NCBI GenBank assembly: GCA_965214405.1
Contig: OZ243956.1
Span: 2,368,001-2,432,000, forward strand
Direction: 5' to 3'
DNA length: 64,000 nucleotides
Origin: Trueperaceae bacterium
Lineage (GTDB): Bacteria > Deinococcota > Deinococci > Deinococcales > Trueperaceae
Below the pieces are notes generated by a model. That model was given only the letters and a program-made list of their open reading frames with translations, was not told the DNA's origin and did not search any database. Numbering within the stretch: the first letter of the stretch is position 1; each line of letters starts with the position of its first letter. Of the stretch, positions 36,488 to 46,130 are shown piece by piece. The position numbers and the translations under genes were made by a program.

Positions 36488-36740
36488 GGCAACCGCCTCA
36501 GCGTCATCCCGACCGTTTCAGCAGTTGTCCCACTCGTCGTCTCACTCGGCGTCTCACTTGTCTCACTACGGTTCCAAAAACAGCCCTTCCAAGATCTGCC
36601 GCCTTCACGTTCGCGCGTTATTGCCATTGTTTTCACCTTCCCATGATACCGCGAACCTCCGCTTCTCCCCTAAACTACAGGACGGGGCCGCAAAACCCGA
36701 TATAAGAAAGTTGTCTAAACTCACGACTTGGAGGTTTCTC

Positions 36741-37307
36741 GTGAAAACGTATCCCGACGTGCTCCCCATCGGTGCGCCCGCGCCGGACTTCGCGCTGCCC
36801 GGTGTGGACGGCGTGACGCACCGCCTTGCTGATATTGACGCGTCTGTTTTCGTTTACGTTCAAGGCTGCAACCACTGCCCTTACGTGCTCGCCTACTTAG
36901 ACCGCCTCAAAGCGCTCGCTGACGAATACGCCGATAAGGGTGTGGCGTTCGTCATGGTTAATTCGAATGACGCCGAGCGCTATCCTGACGACGACTTCGG
37001 GGGCATGAAAAGGTTTGCCGCCGAGCACGCGCTGCCCTTCCCCTACCTCTGGGACGCGTCGCAGGAGGTCGCCAGGGCCTACCGCACCCTCCGCACGCCC
37101 GAGGTTCTGGTGTTTGACGAGGCGCGCAGGCTCGCCTATCACGGGCGCATCGACGACAACGTTAAAGAACCGGAGGCGGTCACGACGCACGAACTTAAAA
37201 GTGCGTTGGAGGCGCTGCTTACCGGTAAAGAAGTCGTGGAGCCCGAAACTTACGCCGTCGGCTGCACCGTCAAGTGGAAGCCGGGCAACGAGCCGGTTGT
37301 CGGGTAA
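36741..37307 (+). CDS. Thioredoxin family (AhpC/TSA-like) protein
   Basis: APDF.LP, CNHCPYV, FPYL.D.SQ.VA.AY, Y.GRIDD, GC.VKW; GGAGG SD. Confidence 0.88.
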   Translation: MKTYPDVLPIGAPAPDFALPGVDGVTHRLADIDASVFVYVQGCNHCPYVLAYLDRLKALADEYADKGVAFVMVNSNDAERYPDDDFGGMKRFAAEHALPFPYLWDASQEVARAYRTLRTPEVLVFDEARRLAYHGRIDDNVKEPEAVTTHELKSALEALLTGKEVVEPETYAVGCTVKWKPGNEPVVG

Positions 37308-37512
37308 ACGCGCGCTAAGGGCGCGTAGAAACAAGAGTCAAGCAAAATCAACCTGGCCTATGCGCTGCTCTTGAGGCGGAGATACGAAGAGAAGAGACGC
37401 GCATAAGGGCTTCTGATGGCACTCATCACCCTTCACTCGGCACTCGGCACTTTCCGAGCTAAGCTGTTACTGTGCGACACAAAAAGTTAACAGAAAATCA
37501 GAGGAGATTCCT

Positions 37513-37752
37513 ATGGCAGAACCATCCGACAAATCAGAAAAGGTCCCCGGCGAGGTCCGCTCGCCCATCCAGGTGGTCGTGCGCGTCGTGCTCGCCGTCC
37601 TCATGGTCGTCATTTTGGTGGGCGTGGCGTGGGCGCTGGTGCGCCTTGTGAGCCGCAACGCGGCGGGTCCCGACGCCTCCACCCTGACGTCGTCTTATTT
37701 AGCACCCGTTGATGCCTTTAACACCAGCGTCACTTTAGAAAAAAGCGTATGA
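37513..37752 (+). CDS. Small single-TM protein
   Basis: GAGGAG SD; one hydrophobic helix; stop overlaps the next start. Confidence 0.55.
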   Translation: MAEPSDKSEKVPGEVRSPIQVVVRVVLAVLMVVILVGVAWALVRLVSRNAAGPDASTLTSSYLAPVDAFNTSVTLEKSV

Positions 37753-38228
37753 ACGACGCCACGCTGCGCGCCGCGCTCGTTTCGCTCTTGCGGGGCGGCG
37801 TGGCGCACCTCACGCTGGACGGGGCGCTGGAGGGTTTAGAGCCCACCCTGCGCGCCAAACGCCCCCCCGGCCTCCACTCGGTCTGGGAACTTGTGGAGCA
37901 CATGCGTATCGATCAAGAAGACCTCTTGCGTTACGCCGTGGACCCTACCTGGACGCCGCCCCCCTGGCCCGAAGGTTACTGGCCGGATGTCTCAGCTTTA
38001 TCAGATTTGACGGACGCCGTGTGGGAGGAGACGGTAGGGAGGTTCAAGAGAGACTTGGCGGAGGCGGTCGCGCTCGCCGGGGATACAAGCCGCGACCTCA
38101 CCGCGCCACTTCCTCAAAATGAAGCGCACACGCCCCTCCGACAGCTTCTTTTGATAGTTGACCATAACGCGTATCACCTGGGGCAAACCGTGTGTACGCG
38201 CCGCGCGCTCGGCGATTGGGCGGACTAG
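37749..38228 (+). CDS. DinB family protein
   Basis: HS.WELVEH, W.WPEGYWP, DHNAYHLGQ. Confidence 0.88.
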   Translation: MNDATLRAALVSLLRGGVAHLTLDGALEGLEPTLRAKRPPGLHSVWELVEHMRIDQEDLLRYAVDPTWTPPPWPEGYWPDVSALSDLTDAVWEETVGRFKRDLAEAVALAGDTSRDLTAPLPQNEAHTPLRQLLLIVDHNAYHLGQTVCTRRALGDWAD

Positions 38229-38289
38229 CGCTCGGTGCCGAACCCCTATAAAATTCTCAACACCCATCCCTCAGACCGAAACGTATGAT

Positions 38290-39615
38290 GGGTGCAACTC
38301 AGTGAATGGGGGTGATAAAACAGGACGATGACAACAGACGCAGAGCAAAGGGTAGAAGAACTGGACGCCATCATCAAGAGCATTGTTGCGGAGATAAAGC
38401 AGGAGCTAGGGACGAAAGCGAGCATGAACGAAATAGAAGCGGCCTTGCTAAAGCGACAAAGTAGCCTGATGAGTCGCCTGATGCAGCACCTGGTTGAGAG
38501 CCAGGATTTTCCCCCCTCTGATGAACAAAAGCGAGGGTTGGCATAAAGACGGACGGGGCGAGCTTGAGGTCAAGCACTTCTGGGGGAGCGTGCGCGTACC
38601 CAGTCAAAGGTACGAACACAAAGACGGCAGACATTGCCAAGTCGCCCTGGACCCAAACTTAGACGGCAGTGGTTGGACAGCGGGCGCATTGAACGTGATG
38701 ATGCGTTTGAGTAGCGCTTTATCGTATGAAAAAGCGGTAGAAGTCAGCCGTGACTTTGAGATGTTGCCGGGCATGAGTCGCGCGGGCTTGGAGCGCTTGA
38801 CCCAACCTTACGCCAGCGCTTGTCAGGCGCAAACGCGCGAGCTGCTGGACACGGCCAAAGATGCAGCGTTGCTAGCAGGACGAGGGCGGAAAGTGGTGAT
38901 TGAAGTTGACGGGGTGCGGGTGCTCGAAAAAGCTCAGGACGGGGTTTGTGGCGGCATCGAGATCAAGAGCGCGGTGATCCACCCGGTGTCTGCACCTCAG
39001 CAACGCAGCCTGTTAGCCGATGTGTGTGAGGCGACAGCGTTTACCGACCAAGTAGCGGGGCTGATGCGTGAAGCAGGCCTGAGACAAGATGATGAAGTCG
39101 TCGGCCTGAGCGATGGCGCGAGTTGGATCAAAAACCTTTACGAGCATCTGGGTATCCCACACATCATCGACGTTTACCACAGCAGTGCTTACCTTGACAC
39201 CCTTATGGAAGCTCTCGGCTGGGATGAGCGCGAACGTAGCCAAACAAGACGCTCTTGGCTTAGCGGCGAGATTGCTGCTGCGGATTGGTTACAAACGCAT
39301 CGTCCTGACCCTGCTGTTTGGCTGAGCTGGGATGACACATCACAAACGGCTTTACGCTATCTTCAAGAACGTCAACACCATATGGATTACCCCAGTTATA
39401 AAAATTGTGGCTTACCCATTGGCTCTGGTCAAGTCGAGGGCGTCAACAAGAGCGTCATCGGCTTCCGCATGAAACAGTCGGGGATGCAGTGGTCGCGTCC
39501 TGGCGCAGGTCGCATGGCTTCTTTTAGAGCTAGGCGTTGTTCCAAGCAGCCGCTCGTCTCCCATGACACCATAAGGCACCACGCCTTTTCTTCCCCCACT
39601 ACGTGAGTTGCACCC
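38290..39615 (+). mobile_element. ISKra4/ISLre2-type (Mutator-like DDE) insertion sequence, 1326 bp
   Basis: TIRs GGGTGCAACTCA (38290-38301) / TGAGTTGCACCC (39604-39615); 9-bp TSD ACGTATGAT (38281-38289, 39616-39624). Confidence 0.88.
38328..39606 (+). CDS. Transposase split over two frames (38328-38546 and ~38494-39606)
   Basis: EVDG, SDGA.WI, D.YH, Y.......PIGSG.VEG..K.....RMK.SG..W; overlap contains TTTTCCCCCC. Confidence 0.8.
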
Positions 39616-39768
39616 ACGTATGATGGGGGGCTTGCAAGTTAGTTTCTTTCCGGTTACTATAGACTCTGTCCTCGAGGGTTGCATCTCCGCACCCCGCTGC
39701 CCCCCCGGCGGAGATCCTCTCAGGACATTTTTATTTCCTAAAAGTTCAACCTCTACTTTTATCTTATG

Positions 39769-41463
39769 CTAGACCTGAAACACCCCTATCTTGAACTTGT
39801 CCGTGTGCGGATTTTGCGCGCAGGCCTCGAGCGCCCGGATGAGCCTATCGCGCGTTTCTAGGGGCAAGATGATCTCGTCCACCCAGAGCCGCGCGGCGGC
39901 GTAGCGGATGTCCAACGCCGCGTCGTAGCCCGCGCGGATTTGTTCGTAGAGCGCCGCCAACTCCTCGTCGTCGGGTTCTTGGCCCGCCCGCTTGAGTTGC
40001 GCCGCTTGGATGTCGAGAATCGTCTTGGCGGCTTGTTGCCCGCCCATCACGCTGTACTTGGCGCTCGGCCAGGCGAAAATAAAGCGGGGCGCGTAGGCTT
40101 TGCCGCTCATCGCGTAGTGGCCCGCCCCGTAGGAGCCGCCCAGGATGACGCTTAAACGCGGCACCACGCTGTTCGACACCGCGTTGACCATCTTCGCGCC
40201 CCGCCGGATGATGCCGCCGTGCTCGCTCTCACGCCCGACCATAAAACCGTTCACGTCGTGCAGGAAGATTAAAGGCACGCCCGCCTGATTGCAGTTGAGG
40301 ATGAAGCGCGCCGCCTTGTCCGCCGCGTCCCCGTAGATGACGCCGCCCACCTCGAGCCTACCCCTCGCCTTGACCGCCGTTTTTTGGTTCGCAACGATGC
40401 CCACGGGAAAACCGCCCAGGTGCGCGGTGCCGCACACGATGGTTTTGCCGAATTTAGCCTTGTACTCGTCAAAGCGCGAGCCGTCCACGAGGCGACCTAT
40501 CACCTCGCGCATCTCGTACGGGCGGCTGCCGCCCTCGGGCGGCACGATGCCGAGCAGGTCCTGGGGCTCAAGCGCGGGCTCCTCCACCTCCCGGCGTCCC
40601 CGCGCCCACGGCGCGAGCGTCGCCGGGGCGTACACCGCCGCAAGGTTGCGGATGCGTTGCAGCGCGTGTGGGTCGTCGGGTTCAAGGTAATCCACCGTCC
40701 CCGCGATCTCGGCGTGCATGGCCGCGCCGCCCAAGTCTTCCGAACTCACCTCCTGCCCGATGGCCGCCTTGACCAAAGCCGGACCCGCCAGGTAGAGCCC
40801 CGAGCCCTCGGTCATGATGAGCGCGTCGCACATGACCGGCAGATACGCCCCCCCCGCCACGCAGTTGCCCATGATGGCGGCGATCTGCGGGATGCCCAAG
40901 GCGCTCATCCGAGCGTTGAGATAGAAAACACGCCCGAAGTCGTCCTGGTCGGGAAAAATTTCATCCTGCATGGGCAGATAAACGCCCGCCGAGTCTACTA
41001 AATAGATAGTCGGGAGACGGTTCTCGAGCGCCACCGTCTGCGCCCGGATCACCTTCTTTGCGGTAATGGGAAAAAACGCCCCCGCCTTGACGGTCGCGTC
41101 GTTGGCGACGATCAGCCAGTCGCGCCCCGCCACCTTACCGACGCCCGTCACCACCCCGCCCGAGGGCGCGCCGCCCGCCTCCTCGTAAAGCCCGTAGCCC
41201 GCGAAGGTCATAAGCTCGTCAAAGGGACTCCCCGCGTCGAGGAGCGCCGCAACGCGTTCGCGCGCGCTCAGGCGGTTTTTGTCGTGCTGCCGCGCCAAAG
41301 CTCGAGCGCCGCCGCCCTCGGCAACCTGGGCTTTATCTCGTTTTAGCGCCCTCTCGAGCTCCACCCACGCTTTTTTATGGGCGTGAAAAGGGGCCGTGCG
41401 CCTCTCTTCTAGAGAGAGGTGACTCTCGAGCAGGTTCATCGTCTCGGGCGGCGCTTTTTTCAT
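39769..41463 (-). CDS. Acyl-CoA carboxylase carboxyltransferase beta subunit (methylcrotonyl-CoA carboxylase-like)
   Basis: ANDATVKAG, VDSAG, G.CVAGGAY, LGG..MH, GSYGAG.Y.M.G, YAAARLW.D. Confidence 0.9.
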   Translation of the reverse strand: MKKAPPETMNLLESHLSLEERRTAPFHAHKKAWVELERALKRDKAQVAEGGGARALARQHDKNRLSARERVAALLDAGSPFDELMTFAGYGLYEEAGGAPSGGVVTGVGKVAGRDWLIVANDATVKAGAFFPITAKKVIRAQTVALENRLPTIYLVDSAGVYLPMQDEIFPDQDDFGRVFYLNARMSALGIPQIAAIMGNCVAGGAYLPVMCDALIMTEGSGLYLAGPALVKAAIGQEVSSEDLGGAAMHAEIAGTVDYLEPDDPHALQRIRNLAAVYAPATLAPWARGRREVEEPALEPQDLLGIVPPEGGSRPYEMREVIGRLVDGSRFDEYKAKFGKTIVCGTAHLGGFPVGIVANQKTAVKARGRLEVGGVIYGDAADKAARFILNCNQAGVPLIFLHDVNGFMVGRESEHGGIIRRGAKMVNAVSNSVVPRLSVILGGSYGAGHYAMSGKAYAPRFIFAWPSAKYSVMGGQQAAKTILDIQAAQLKRAGQEPDDEELAALYEQIRAGYDAALDIRYAAARLWVDEIILPLETRDRLIRALEACAQNPHTDKFKIGVFQV

Positions 41464-41710
41464 GCGCGCCGCGCTCTCGTGCGCTCGGCATTTTCTATGA
41501 CGTCCTCGAGAGTACACCCACTCAAACCCAGCATTAAAACGACGCTCGCAAACTTCACCGTTCCGTCACATCGCAAGGCATATCGCGCCACGTATTCTCC
41601 CCCGTCATTCCTCGTTCCCACTGCCATTCACACACCTCCAGCAACGTCTAAACCATTTGCAGAGCCGCTCGAGCTCTCCCTAAACTTCAGAAAAGTTTAC
41701 AACGCGCGCC

Positions 41711-41913
41711 TGTGGATATCTCGCGTCCCTGTGGATAACTTTTGGCTATTGACAAAGGGCTGACGAATTTGTTAGAGCGCCTTTGATCGTCCTTCAGGCG
41801 AGAAAACGCGTCCTACACGCGTTTTTTCCAGGATAGCATCGATTTTTACGTCACCGTGCGCACTTCTGGACTTATCCACAGGCTTGTGGATAACTGTGGA
41901 TAACTGTGGATGA
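41711..41913. promoter_or_regulatory. DnaA-box cluster (4 perfect, 2 one-mismatch)
   Basis: TGTGGATAA at 41730, 41885, 41895; TTATCCACA at 41872; near-matches at 41711 and 41905. Confidence 0.75.
41803..41825. terminator. Hairpin/terminator downstream of trpF, inside the DnaA-box cluster
   Basis: AAAACGCGT-cctac-ACGCGTTTT. Confidence 0.5.
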
Positions 41914-42528
41914 CGAAGCGGAGCGCGCAGCACGTACGAAATCCCTTATCTTGCGCGCGTCCTTGACGCCCAAGCTTGACTCCACCCCCGAAGCGACGTC
42001 CACCGCCCAAGGACCAAGCGCCGCGACGCCCGCCGCGACGTTGTGAGAGGCCAGGCCGCCCGCCAAAACGAGATTGGCAACGCCCCGTAGCGGGGCCGCG
42101 CGCGCCCAATCAAAGGGCGCACCGCCGCCGCCTTTGGGACTGTCGAGCATCACGGCGTCCGCCGGGAACGCCCCCAACGCCTCACGCGTCAGTCCCTCGC
42201 GGAACGAAAACACTTTGACGACCCGCACCTCTTCGCGTAGCGCCGCCGCGTACGCGGGTTCTTCAGAGCCGTGAAGCTGCACCGCCGTAAGCTTCAGCGC
42301 GCGCGCCGCCCCCAGTACATCTTCAAAGGGCGCGTCTACGAAAACACCCACGCGCGCGGTAGCAGAGCCCACCGCCGCGCTTATCCGGGCAGCCTGCTCG
42401 AGACCCACCGAGCGTCCATAGCCCGGTGCCAAGATAAACCCGACGGCGTCCGCCCCCGCCACCTCCGCTGCGCGGGCGTCTTCGGGCCTGGTGATGCCGC
42501 AAATCTTTACTCGCATTTCTACTCGCAT
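41872..42528 (-). CDS. trpF: Phosphoribosylanthranilate isomerase
   Basis: VKICGIT, GADAVGF, VQLHG.E, LAGGL...NV, VDVASGVE. Confidence 0.95.
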   Translation of the reverse strand: MRVEMRVKICGITRPEDARAAEVAGADAVGFILAPGYGRSVGLEQAARISAAVGSATARVGVFVDAPFEDVLGAARALKLTAVQLHGSEEPAYAAALREEVRVVKVFSFREGLTREALGAFPADAVMLDSPKGGGGAPFDWARAAPLRGVANLVLAGGLASHNVAAGVAALGPWAVDVASGVESSLGVKDARKIRDFVRAARSASSSTVIHSYPQACG

Positions 42529-42575
42529 GGGCTCGAGTATAAAGGACGGGCAATCTTCACGCGTGCTGAACACTT

Positions 42576-42917
42576 TCAGAAGGCTGCTTGCAAATGCGTA
42601 ATTTCATGGCGCGTCTCCGTTCCACTGACCAATACCGCGTCGAAGCGTAGGGGCACGTCGTCATGGCCGTAGGTACGGCTCAGGTAGAGCAGCGCGGCGC
42701 GTCTCAAACGCTTTATCTTGGCGCCGGTGATGGCCTCTCCCGCGCTTCCGTAGCGGCTCGAGCGGCGCTGCTTGACTTCAACAAACACGAGCGTGTCGCC
42801 GTCCCTAACAATCAAATCCACTTCGCCACCGCGGACGCTGTAGTTTTCGCTCACCAGCGCGTAGCCCTGCGCTTCTAAGTGTTCCCGCGCCACCCTTTCA
42901 GACCAGTGGCGGGCCAC
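42576..42917 (-). CDS. yraN: YraN family protein
   Basis: E..A...L...GY, GEVDLI, FVEVKQR, RFD. Confidence 0.9.
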   Translation of the reverse strand: MARHWSERVAREHLEAQGYALVSENYSVRGGEVDLIVRDGDTLVFVEVKQRRSSRYGSAGEAITGAKIKRLRRAALLYLSRTYGHDDVPLRFDAVLVSGTETRHEITHLQAAF

Positions 42918-42931
42918 GACCCAAACCAGCC

Positions 42932-43351
42932 CTAGCGGGGGGTGACCTCGAGCCGCGCGGCGTCGGCCCAGAGGCCCTCCAAGTCGTAAAAGTCGCGCGC
43001 TTCGGGGCTCATGATGTGGACGATGACGAAGCCGTAGTCCATCAGGATCCAGCGGGTCGAGGGGCCTTCGACGCCCTTGGGCAACGTGCCCATTTCTTTG
43101 AGAGATTCTTTAACCCCGTCCTCCATCGCCCTGAGCTGCAACGTCGACTCACCCGTGGCAACGATGAAATAGTCGAGCGTTTCGGAGGTAGCGTGTAAAT
43201 CCAGCGCCACGACGTTTTTGGCGCGCTTGTCGTCGAGCGCGTCCACGATGCGCTGCACCTCTTGAGGAATGCTTCTCTCGTTTGCGTCCCTCTCGGTTGC
43301 GCCTGTCTTGGCTGTATCTGTCTTAGTTATGTCCGTCTTGGCTGTGTCTAT
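42932..43351 (-). CDS. rsfS: Ribosome silencing factor (start uncertain: ATA at 43351 or GTG at 43258)
   Basis: DKRA.NV..LD, DYF.VATG.S, W.L.DYG...VHIM...R.FYDLE.LW. Confidence 0.9.
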   Translation of the reverse strand: MDTAKTDITKTDTAKTGATERDANERSIPQEVQRIVDALDDKRAKNVVALDLHATSETLDYFIVATGESTLQLRAMEDGVKESLKEMGTLPKGVEGPSTRWILMDYGFVIVHIMSPEARDFYDLEGLWADAARLEVTPR

Positions 43352-44652
43352 TATCCGCCTCCTCCGGCCAAAGCCTGCGCCAACGCGAACGCGTCGGCGT
43401 TGGTGCCTAGCACGAGTTCCATCTGGGTGGGTTTTCCGTCGACGGGCTCGAGCGCGTCGATCTGCTGCTTGCTCACGTCGTGAAAAAGGGTCGCGTAGTA
43501 GTCGGCCTCGCTCCAGGCGGGGGCGGTGACGAGCAGACGCGTGGGGGCGGGGTCGGGCGAGGCCTCGCGGACGCTTACGAGGTCTTCGGGCACGCCCAAA
43601 CCGACGAAATAGGTTTTGATGGCCCCCTCGAGCCCCGGCACCCTGCTCCGGTTGGTAATCAAGAGGGGCGTGTCGGGCACCTCGCTGAGTTCGCGCGCCT
43701 CGCCGCCAAAGGTCGCGGCGACAAACGTCTCGACCGCCGCGGGGTCTACGCCCAAAACGTCTACGGGGTCGCCTTGCCACATGATGCGCCGCTCGCAGCA
43801 GGTCGGCAGCGTCGCCACCTGGCGGATTTGCAGGTTGGGCAAGCGCCCGAGAAGCTGGGTGACGAGCGCGGGCGAGGCGTTCGTCTCGACCTCTTTGAAG
43901 TAGGTGCTGGCGAGCGCGGGCACCTTGCCGACCGCGCGCACGTTGAGCTCTTTGAGGCGCTCGAGCATCGCCAGCGCCAAGGTTTTAACCTGGTCGATGC
44001 GGGCAAAATCACCCCGCGCCGTGTGGCGGTAACGCACAAAGTTGGCGGCCTGTTCACCGTCGAGCATTTGCGGCCCGGGCTCTAGGTGAATGTGCAGCTT
44101 GGCCGCGTAATCGTCCCAGTCCATTTTGTAGGGAACGTTGACCTCGACGCCGCCGAGCGCGTCCACGAGCCCCTTAAAGATGTCGATGTTGACAATCGCG
44201 TAGTAGTCGACCGGCAGGCCCACGAGGTTGCTCACCGCAGCCCTGAGGCCGTCCGCCTCTCTGTAGTAGTACATCGTGTTGATTTTGGTCGACCATTCAT
44301 CAAGCCAGACATCGCGCGGGATGCTGATGAGCGTGACTTCGTCGCCCACGATGGACACGTAAATGATGGTGTCGGTGTTGGTGCCGTAGGCGGTACTTTT
44401 GGCGTCGTAGGTGCGCCCGACCACTCTGCCCTGCTCGTAAATAGGGTCGCCCGCGAGACTCGTATAAAAAATGTCTCGCCCCGCGATGACGAAACTCGCC
44501 TGAAACTCGTCGTCTTCTATGTTGAGCACCTGCTTAGTTTCCTCGTCCAGCACGGTGCGCTCGACATCCCTGGTGAGCCAATAACCCACCAAACCCCCGA
44601 GGGCCAACAAAATGCCCAAAACCTGCACTAACCGAACGCTACGTAAGCTCAC
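43351..44652 (-). CDS. LCP (LytR-CpsA-Psr) family protein with LytR_C domain
   Basis: N-terminal TM; NTDTI, SIPRD, KIN, VDALGGVEV, FVRYR, D..RI. Confidence 0.9.
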   Translation of the reverse strand: MSLRSVRLVQVLGILLALGGLVGYWLTRDVERTVLDEETKQVLNIEDDEFQASFVIAGRDIFYTSLAGDPIYEQGRVVGRTYDAKSTAYGTNTDTIIYVSIVGDEVTLISIPRDVWLDEWSTKINTMYYYREADGLRAAVSNLVGLPVDYYAIVNIDIFKGLVDALGGVEVNVPYKMDWDDYAAKLHIHLEPGPQMLDGEQAANFVRYRHTARGDFARIDQVKTLALAMLERLKELNVRAVGKVPALASTYFKEVETNASPALVTQLLGRLPNLQIRQVATLPTCCERRIMWQGDPVDVLGVDPAAVETFVAATFGGEARELSEVPDTPLLITNRSRVPGLEGAIKTYFVGLGVPEDLVSVREASPDPAPTRLLVTAPAWSEADYYATLFHDVSKQQIDALEPVDGKPTQMELVLGTNADAFALAQALAGGGG

Positions 44653-45232
44653 AAATCTCTTTATACACCCTCAGCGTGGCGGGGTGGACGGCCTTGCCCT
44701 TGGTGCGGAGGTACTGAACCTTGGAATCGACCGCGCGCTGGTAGGCCCTGAAAAGGTCGCGCATGGCGAGTTCGCGGATGCCGTCGTTGACGCCGCGACC
44801 CGGCTCGGACACGTCGGCGACGTAAACGGCCATGCCCACGCGGTTGTCGTGCGCCACCCCGAACACGTGGCCTTCAACCGCGTCCAACACGCGTCCGTCG
44901 TTGACGCCCCAGCACTCGGCCAGGCGGCGTCCGGCGCGGCCGTGTAAGGACATGGGGTGCTCGCGCTCCAAGTCGCTCTCGGGTGGGGCGAGCTTGAACA
45001 TCTCTTCGGGGGACAAGTCGCGCGCCGCGTCGTGTAAGACCGCGGCCAGGACGGTCGCGCGCAGGTCGCCCCTGGAAAACCCGTTGGCGAGCGCGATGGT
45101 TTCAGCGAGGATGGTCACGCGCACGATGTGTTCAAAGCGTCTGGGCGTGACGTTCGCCTTGACGCGCGCGCAGTAGGGTTCGATGCTGGCGCGGCTACAG
45201 GGGCTGTTCACGGTAAAGATGGTGTTTGGCAA
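44639..45232 (-). CDS. yqeK: YqeK-like HD-domain Ap4A hydrolase
   Basis: RFEH..RV, LHD.AR, LHG, H, YVAD..EPGR; follows nadD. Confidence 0.85.
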   Translation of the reverse strand: MPNTIFTVNSPCSRASIEPYCARVKANVTPRRFEHIVRVTILAETIALANGFSRGDLRATVLAAVLHDAARDLSPEEMFKLAPPESDLEREHPMSLHGRAGRRLAECWGVNDGRVLDAVEGHVFGVAHDNRVGMAVYVADVSEPGRGVNDGIRELAMRDLFRAYQRAVDSKVQYLRTKGKAVHPATLRVYKEICELT

Positions 45233-45776
45233 GGTAGCTCTCCACAGGTTGGGGAACGAGGTAACGAACAGAACGGCGGGCGGCGAGGCGCGCGCGCACC
45301 TCGGTACTCGAGACCTCGCACAGCCTCGTGTCTAAGACCTGCACCCCCCTAAAGGGTGCCCTCAACGCCTCTAAAGTATAGCCCGGACGGGGCACCGCCA
45401 CCATATTCACGGAGTGTACAAGCTCCTCGGCGCGGTGCCAGGTGTGAACGTCACGGTAGGCGTCCGCGCCGGTAATGAAGAAAAGCTGCGCCTGGGGGTG
45501 CGTTTCGCGCACCTCCGTGACGGTGTCAAAGGTGTAAGAGGGGCCGGAACGTTTCAACTCTAAGCGGCTCGTAAAAAAACGCGGGTGGTCCGCCGTGGCG
45601 AGAACCGTCATGTCGTACCGAGCTTCCGGCCCCGCGACGGCGGCTTTGTGCGGCGGCGTCGGCGACGGCAGGAAAAGGAGGCGGTCTAAGCGCAAGGTTT
45701 CTAGCGCGCCCTGCGCGGCGAGCAAATGGCCGATGTGGGGTGGGTCAAAGCGTCCTCCAAAGAGCCCGAGCCGCAT
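45195..45776 (-). CDS. nadD: Nicotinate-nucleotide adenylyltransferase
   Basis: GGRFDPPHIGH, PPHK, SYT.DT, FITGAD, VSST.VR. Confidence 0.95.
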   Translation of the reverse strand: MRLGLFGGRFDPPHIGHLLAAQGALETLRLDRLLFLPSPTPPHKAAVAGPEARYDMTVLATADHPRFFTSRLELKRSGPSYTFDTVTEVRETHPQAQLFFITGADAYRDVHTWHRAEELVHSVNMVAVPRPGYTLEALRAPFRGVQVLDTRLCEVSSTEVRARLAARRSVRYLVPQPVESYLAKHHLYREQPL

Positions 45777-46130
45777 AGGCGAGTAGTGTACACCATTCCA
45801 AAGGGGCAAGAGGTCTATACGGAACGGTTTACTCCGGGAAGTACAACTCGAGCCGCGCGCAAAGAGCTTATGGAGCGGGGGAGACGGGAGGTGAGGAGAA
45901 TTTCACCTCTCTTGTACGTTAGGAGCAGGTTTTAGAGGGCCTGGCAAGTGCGCAAAGAAAGTATCTCCCCAGACGTAGGAGTAAAGTAGACCGGCTTCCC
46001 TCGACCTTGTGACGTCGGAGTGGCACCGGAGTGGTGTCGGAGTGAGATCGGATGGTATCTACTCCTTGCTTCGCTTCTCGACCTCCAGCCGGACAAAACC
46101 ACCGTAAATGATTGTGCGCGTCGACAAAGC

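Noticed and set aside
36486..36740. Ser/His-rich N-terminal extension of the thioredoxin-like protein
   Set aside because: A strong SD and GTG at 36741 give the better start; the upstream part is intergenic short repeats
42932..43780. 282-aa ORF as a long RsfS fusion
   Set aside because: The N-terminal half is an alternate frame overlapping the LCP gene
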